Assembly (NCBI GenBank): GCA_964395665.1
Contig: CAYNDH010000001.1
Coordinates: 161 to 64,160 of the forward strand
Origin: an uncultured Anaerolineaceae bacterium
GTDB lineage: Bacteria; Chloroflexota; Anaerolineae; Aggregatilineales; Phototrophicaceae
Length of the DNA stretch: 64,000 nt
Direction: 5' to 3'
The notes under the pieces were generated by a model, which saw only the letters and a program-made list of their open reading frames with translations, had not been told where the DNA came from and ran no database searches. A program made the position numbers and the translations under genes. This document shows positions 60,687 to 64,000 of this stretch, one piece after another (within the stretch, counting starts at the first letter, position 1; each line of letters begins with the position of its first letter).

Positions 60687-62495
60687 CTACGGAAGATACC
60701 AGCGGAAATCCACTTCCGCGAAGATTTTATCCAGCTCATAGAATTCTTCGGCCAGTGCGACATCCGGCTGACCATTTTCCAGTGTTTCGATCAATCGGGT
60801 AAACCGGTCAAGGTGCTGATTAAAGCGCTGGATGGCGTATTCGCGTGCCTGCCCGGTGGTGACCAGAAACGGCCAATCGGAACTCTGCATCAGCATCAGC
60901 TCCCGCGCCGCCTGGTTCAGGACCTTTTCCTGCTCCGGTGTGGCTTCAGAATAACGCATGGCATTGCGCTCCATCCGAAATTCTGCTTCAGCCATTGGCT
61001 CCCACATCCAGTGATTTTCGGAGTTATCCCATGTGAAATGCGTCCCCCCTGCCCCCCATGAGCCTTCGGGCAGATTCAACACTTCGGTCGGGGGGTGCTG
61101 GGTGATGTACTGTGTCGCGGTGATCATTTCAATATCAGGTGACGTCGCCAGCATCTTCAGGACCTGTTCCAGCCACAGCACGCCCTCAAACCACCAGTGA
61201 CCGAACAACTCAGTGTCGTAATTCGACGAAATCAGGCCATACTCGCCAGTCTTGTTATAAAAGTCACGCAGAAGATCGTGGACCAGATGCGTAAAATGCT
61301 CGGAATGCTGATCGACCTTAAAGCGCGCCCACTCCGGATCATAATATTCTTTCATTGCCAGATCCGTCCGCGCACCGGTCACACGCCAGTACTGAAGCCC
61401 GCTTGTCCCGGACTTTTTGTGGAATTCACGGTAATCGAAATCACCGGGATAGCCCCATTCCGCACTCCAGACCTGTAATCCGGTGCGGTTATTGCGTCCA
61501 ATCACCGCAACGCCGCTGTGATCTTCAGCCCCCAGCCCGGCGGTGGAGTTGCTCACATAATAAGGGTGATAGGTTGTGGCTGCCCGTGGTGGAGCAACAG
61601 AGGTTGAGGGGATGACGTAACGCCGCCGGATGTCGCCATACGGCCCGATCGCATCACCGGCTGCAATACCGACCGGAGAACCGCCGGTGATCGAATGTGT
61701 CTCGCTGAAGAACACCTTGATATTGTGCTGTGCAAGAAAATATTCCAGCCCAGGTCGGATCGTCCCATCCGGTGAGATGTAGGCGGGGCGATAGGCGCAT
61801 TCCGGCAGCCACATGGCGGTCGGTTCACGCCCGAACATGCGGCGATAGGTGGCAATGCCCGCCTGAACCTGGGCGATGATGGCACTATCCCGGCTTAACA
61901 GCGGCAGATAGGCATGAGTCGCCGGGGAGGCAATGATCTCAATGTATCCCTCATCCTGCAAACGGCGAAAAGCGCCGATCAGATCGCGCCCAAACCGCTC
62001 ATTGAAGATATGACGGATATTCTGATAAAAATCGCGATACCAGACCGCCAGATCACGCAGTTTCGCGACTGGCTGCGGCTCACCATCAATCAGGATTTCA
62101 CCTGCAGGCGCTGATGCAGCGCTCCGCTGCTGATCGGCTGGTACGTCATACAGCACCGGGTTGATCGTATCCACATCCTGAAAAGGCTCTGCAGGGACCG
62201 TCGAGAAATACTCAATATCGTGACTGGCAGCTTCAATTTTCGCGTTGACAAACTGGTCAAAGTGTTCCAGCACAAGGGGATCAGCGAGTTGTTCCAGCAG
62301 CACCGGCGTCAGGCCGAGTGTCAGGCGAAAGTTGATCCCTTCATCTCGCAGCCGGTGCAGCATATCCAGCAAAGGAAGATAGGTTTCGCTGATCGCCTCA
62401 TGAAGCCATTCCTCACCATGCGGCCAGCGGCCAGCCAGCCGGACATAAGGTATATGGCTGTGCAGCACGAATGTAAATGCACCGATCGCACCCAA
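60687..62495 (-). CDS. GH57-family 1,4-alpha-glucan branching enzyme
   Basis: 602 aa. TTG start with GGAG 9 nt upstream. N-terminus FTFVLHSHIPYVR...HGEEWLHEAISETYLPLL is the typical GH57 branching-enzyme signature. Confidence 0.9.
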   Translation of the reverse strand: MGAIGAFTFVLHSHIPYVRLAGRWPHGEEWLHEAISETYLPLLDMLHRLRDEGINFRLTLGLTPVLLEQLADPLVLEHFDQFVNAKIEAASHDIEYFSTVPAEPFQDVDTINPVLYDVPADQQRSAASAPAGEILIDGEPQPVAKLRDLAVWYRDFYQNIRHIFNERFGRDLIGAFRRLQDEGYIEIIASPATHAYLPLLSRDSAIIAQVQAGIATYRRMFGREPTAMWLPECAYRPAYISPDGTIRPGLEYFLAQHNIKVFFSETHSITGGSPVGIAAGDAIGPYGDIRRRYVIPSTSVAPPRAATTYHPYYVSNSTAGLGAEDHSGVAVIGRNNRTGLQVWSAEWGYPGDFDYREFHKKSGTSGLQYWRVTGARTDLAMKEYYDPEWARFKVDQHSEHFTHLVHDLLRDFYNKTGEYGLISSNYDTELFGHWWFEGVLWLEQVLKMLATSPDIEMITATQYITQHPPTEVLNLPEGSWGAGGTHFTWDNSENHWMWEPMAEAEFRMERNAMRYSEATPEQEKVLNQAARELMLMQSSDWPFLVTTGQAREYAIQRFNQHLDRFTRLIETLENGQPDVALAEEFYELDKIFAEVDFRWYLP

Positions 62496-62880
62496 AGCTT
62501 AATCTCCTACCCAGACAGTATTTCATTTGAAGGTATTCGCCAACTGACAGGGCATCTCTTTAATACTTACTGCCCTTTACAGTGCTTTTGCACCAGTACC
62601 GCTGTTCGATTTTCACAGGCGCGTATACAACTCAGCTCACGCACAGATGATGTCAAACAAAAGAGATTTATTCGTAATGATATTTTAAGAAAAGCAAAGT
62701 TGCGACATAACGAGAGGGCGAAATGGCGGTGCGGTCAACGAACCTCAAAGGTTCAGCGTCTTTATGGTTTGCGAGTTTCCCAGAGAGTCGCTTCTGTGTC
62801 AAGTGTAATGCAGGTTGTTACCCACTACCCGGAGGTCATCCATGCTTTCAAGGGTAGGTATTGCATTCGTCGGCGCTGGC

Positions 62881-62967
62881 GAAACCTCACCCCTGAGAAA
62901 CTGCGTTTCTCCATCCCCTCTCCATGCAAACTTGTTTGCCGGAGAAGGGGTCGGGGGATGAGGTTTC
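62881..62967. repeat. 87-bp imperfect palindromic (multi-hairpin) element of the GGAGAGGGG/CCCCTCTCC type
   Basis: Outer arms gaaacctcacccc (62881-62893) / ggggatgaggtttc (62954-62967). Inner arms cccctctcc / ggagaagggg. Nested perfect hairpins are gagaaac-tgc-gtttctc and gcaaac-tt-gtttgc. Confidence 0.7.
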
Positions 62968-63112
62968 CTAACATCGAGAGTTAAAAACCTACCCATGTAA
63001 GGGTCATCGATGCCCTCCGGTTCAGGGTTGACTGCCGGATCAGGGATGACCGCTATACGATGCGCGGCACATCCCTGAAATGCACTATTGGACCGGTTAA
63101 AGGAGTGTTTGA

Positions 63113-64000
63113 TTATTCGTACCGGATATCGACCATTCTGCCAGAAGCTGCCGACTCCAGTATTGCGTCACAAATCACGGCATTCCGGTAACCATCAACA
63201 AATGTCGCGCCATAGGGTCCGACATCGGTATTCTTGACTATTGCCCCGAAGAAGTGGTCGAATTCATGGATAAAGCTATGTTCCCAGCCGATGGTGTGAC
63301 CATGCGGCCACCAGTTTTCCCAGTAGGGATGATGAGACTCGGTCACCAGCACATTGCGGAAACCCTGTGTGGTGTTCGGCTCATCCCCGGCCCAGAAGAC
63401 ATTAAGTTCATTCAGGCGCTCTAGATTGAACTGAATCGTGCCATTCTCGCCGTTGATCTCGAAGCTGTTATAATTCTTGCGGCCCTGTGCGAAGCGTGTC
63501 GCCTCAATCGTCCCCAGGGCGCCGTTGTCAAACTCCATGATCGAGACGAAGCTGTCATCGACATCGGCTTTCGCCATCCCGCCCGCACCATCCGGACGCT
63601 GTGGAAGCCATGTCCTGGCTTTTCCAGCAACCGAAGTCGGCTCTCCGATAAGAAAGCGTGCCAGATCGATGACATGCGCCCCAATATCACCTAATGCGCC
63701 GCTGCCTGCGACTTCCTTCTGAAAACGCCAGCTTATCGGCATTTCCCGGTCCATCCCCCACTCCTGAAGGTAAACCGCACGCCAGTGATAGATCTGGCCC
63801 AGCGCCCCGCTTTCGATCAGCTTTCGCGCCTGCATAATCGCCGGGACGAACCGGTAATTGAAGGCCACCATATGTTTAACACCAGCCTTTTCGACCGCAT
63901 CCAGCATCATCTTCGCTTCTTCGGCGGTCCGGCCCAGCGGCTTTTCGCAGAAAACATGCTTTCCAGCCTCTGCCGCAGCGATACACGGTTCGGCGTGTGC
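63113..64000 (-). CDS. Gfo/Idh/MocA-family oxidoreductase, N-terminus beyond window edge
   Basis: The track ORF (63113..63910) starts at an internal Met. The same frame stays open to base 64000 and reads AHAEPCIAAAEAGKHVFCEKPLGRTAEEAK, which contains the EKP motif of the family. Confidence 0.9.
   Translation of the reverse strand, partial: AHAEPCIAAAEAGKHVFCEKPLGRTAEEAKMMLDAVEKAGVKHMVAFNYRFVPAIMQARKLIESGALGQIYHWRAVYLQEWGMDREMPISWRFQKEVAGSGALGDIGAHVIDLARFLIGEPTSVAGKARTWLPQRPDGAGGMAKADVDDSFVSIMEFDNGALGTIEATRFAQGRKNYNSFEINGENGTIQFNLERLNELNVFWAGDEPNTTQGFRNVLVTESHHPYWENWWPHGHTIGWEHSFIHEFDHFFGAIVKNTDVGPYGATFVDGYRNAVICDAILESAASGRMVDIRYE

Noticed and set aside
62220-62984. 254-aa plus-strand ORF spanning the GH57 start and the long gap, plus the 65-aa minus-strand ORF 62799..62996
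   Set aside because: The first begins antisense inside the GH57 gene and continues through structured non-coding DNA. The second is the typical pseudo-translation (PHPPTPSP...WRGDGE) of the palindromic element. Neither looks like a real protein.

Overview
Gene-dense window (about 55 protein genes, short gaps, many 4-bp start/stop overlaps). It reads as core chromosome of a moderately GC-rich bacterium. By gene content I would guess Chloroflexota-like: F420 biosynthesis with a stand-alone nitroreductase, GH57 branching enzyme, polyphosphate glucokinase. That guess is inference only. I found no rRNA, tRNA, CRISPR array, transposase, integrase or prophage genes. Order of content: partial enolase (missed by the ORF track because it runs off the window edge); a cysteine desulfurase-mnmA pair; a long minus-strand array (prepilin peptidase, JAMM peptidase, small orphan, ACT-like, ParB/Srx-like, NERD-like, secreted orphan, glycogen debranching enzyme, PHP esterase, SLC13 transporter, S9 peptidase, class-III aminotransferase); mutS; folD; an 8-oxoguanine-deaminase-like amidohydrolase; a Nudix protein. 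Next comes a 15-kb minus-strand chain joining a xanthine-dehydrogenase-family operon (YqeC-MocA fusion, Mo subunit, FAD-FeS fusion, XdhC, embedded non-canonical genes) to a GT-C-like membrane protein, an LLM oxidoreductase and F420 genes (cofC, cofD, nitroreductase, cofE, npdG). After that: a GT2, a flavin reductase-Dabb fusion, ppgK, a Mut7-C RNase, an M23 peptidase, the four-gene ligase-associated DNA damage response cluster, murJ, a 1054-aa orphan, ybaK-like, a PAS histidine kinase plus CheY-like regulator, a secreted orphan, a GH57 branching enzyme, a 617-bp non-coding gap with a palindromic element, and a partial Gfo/Idh/MocA oxidoreductase. I see no clear-cut novel system. The most second-look-worthy items are the 1054-aa orphan, the Mo-hydroxylase operon architecture and its apparent coupling to F420 genes, the JAMM/ParB-like/NERD-like block, a 14-bp intergenic tandem repeat, and a dispersed CCTGTCA..TCAGCC motif. 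All family calls come from motif recognition by eye; no searches were run.
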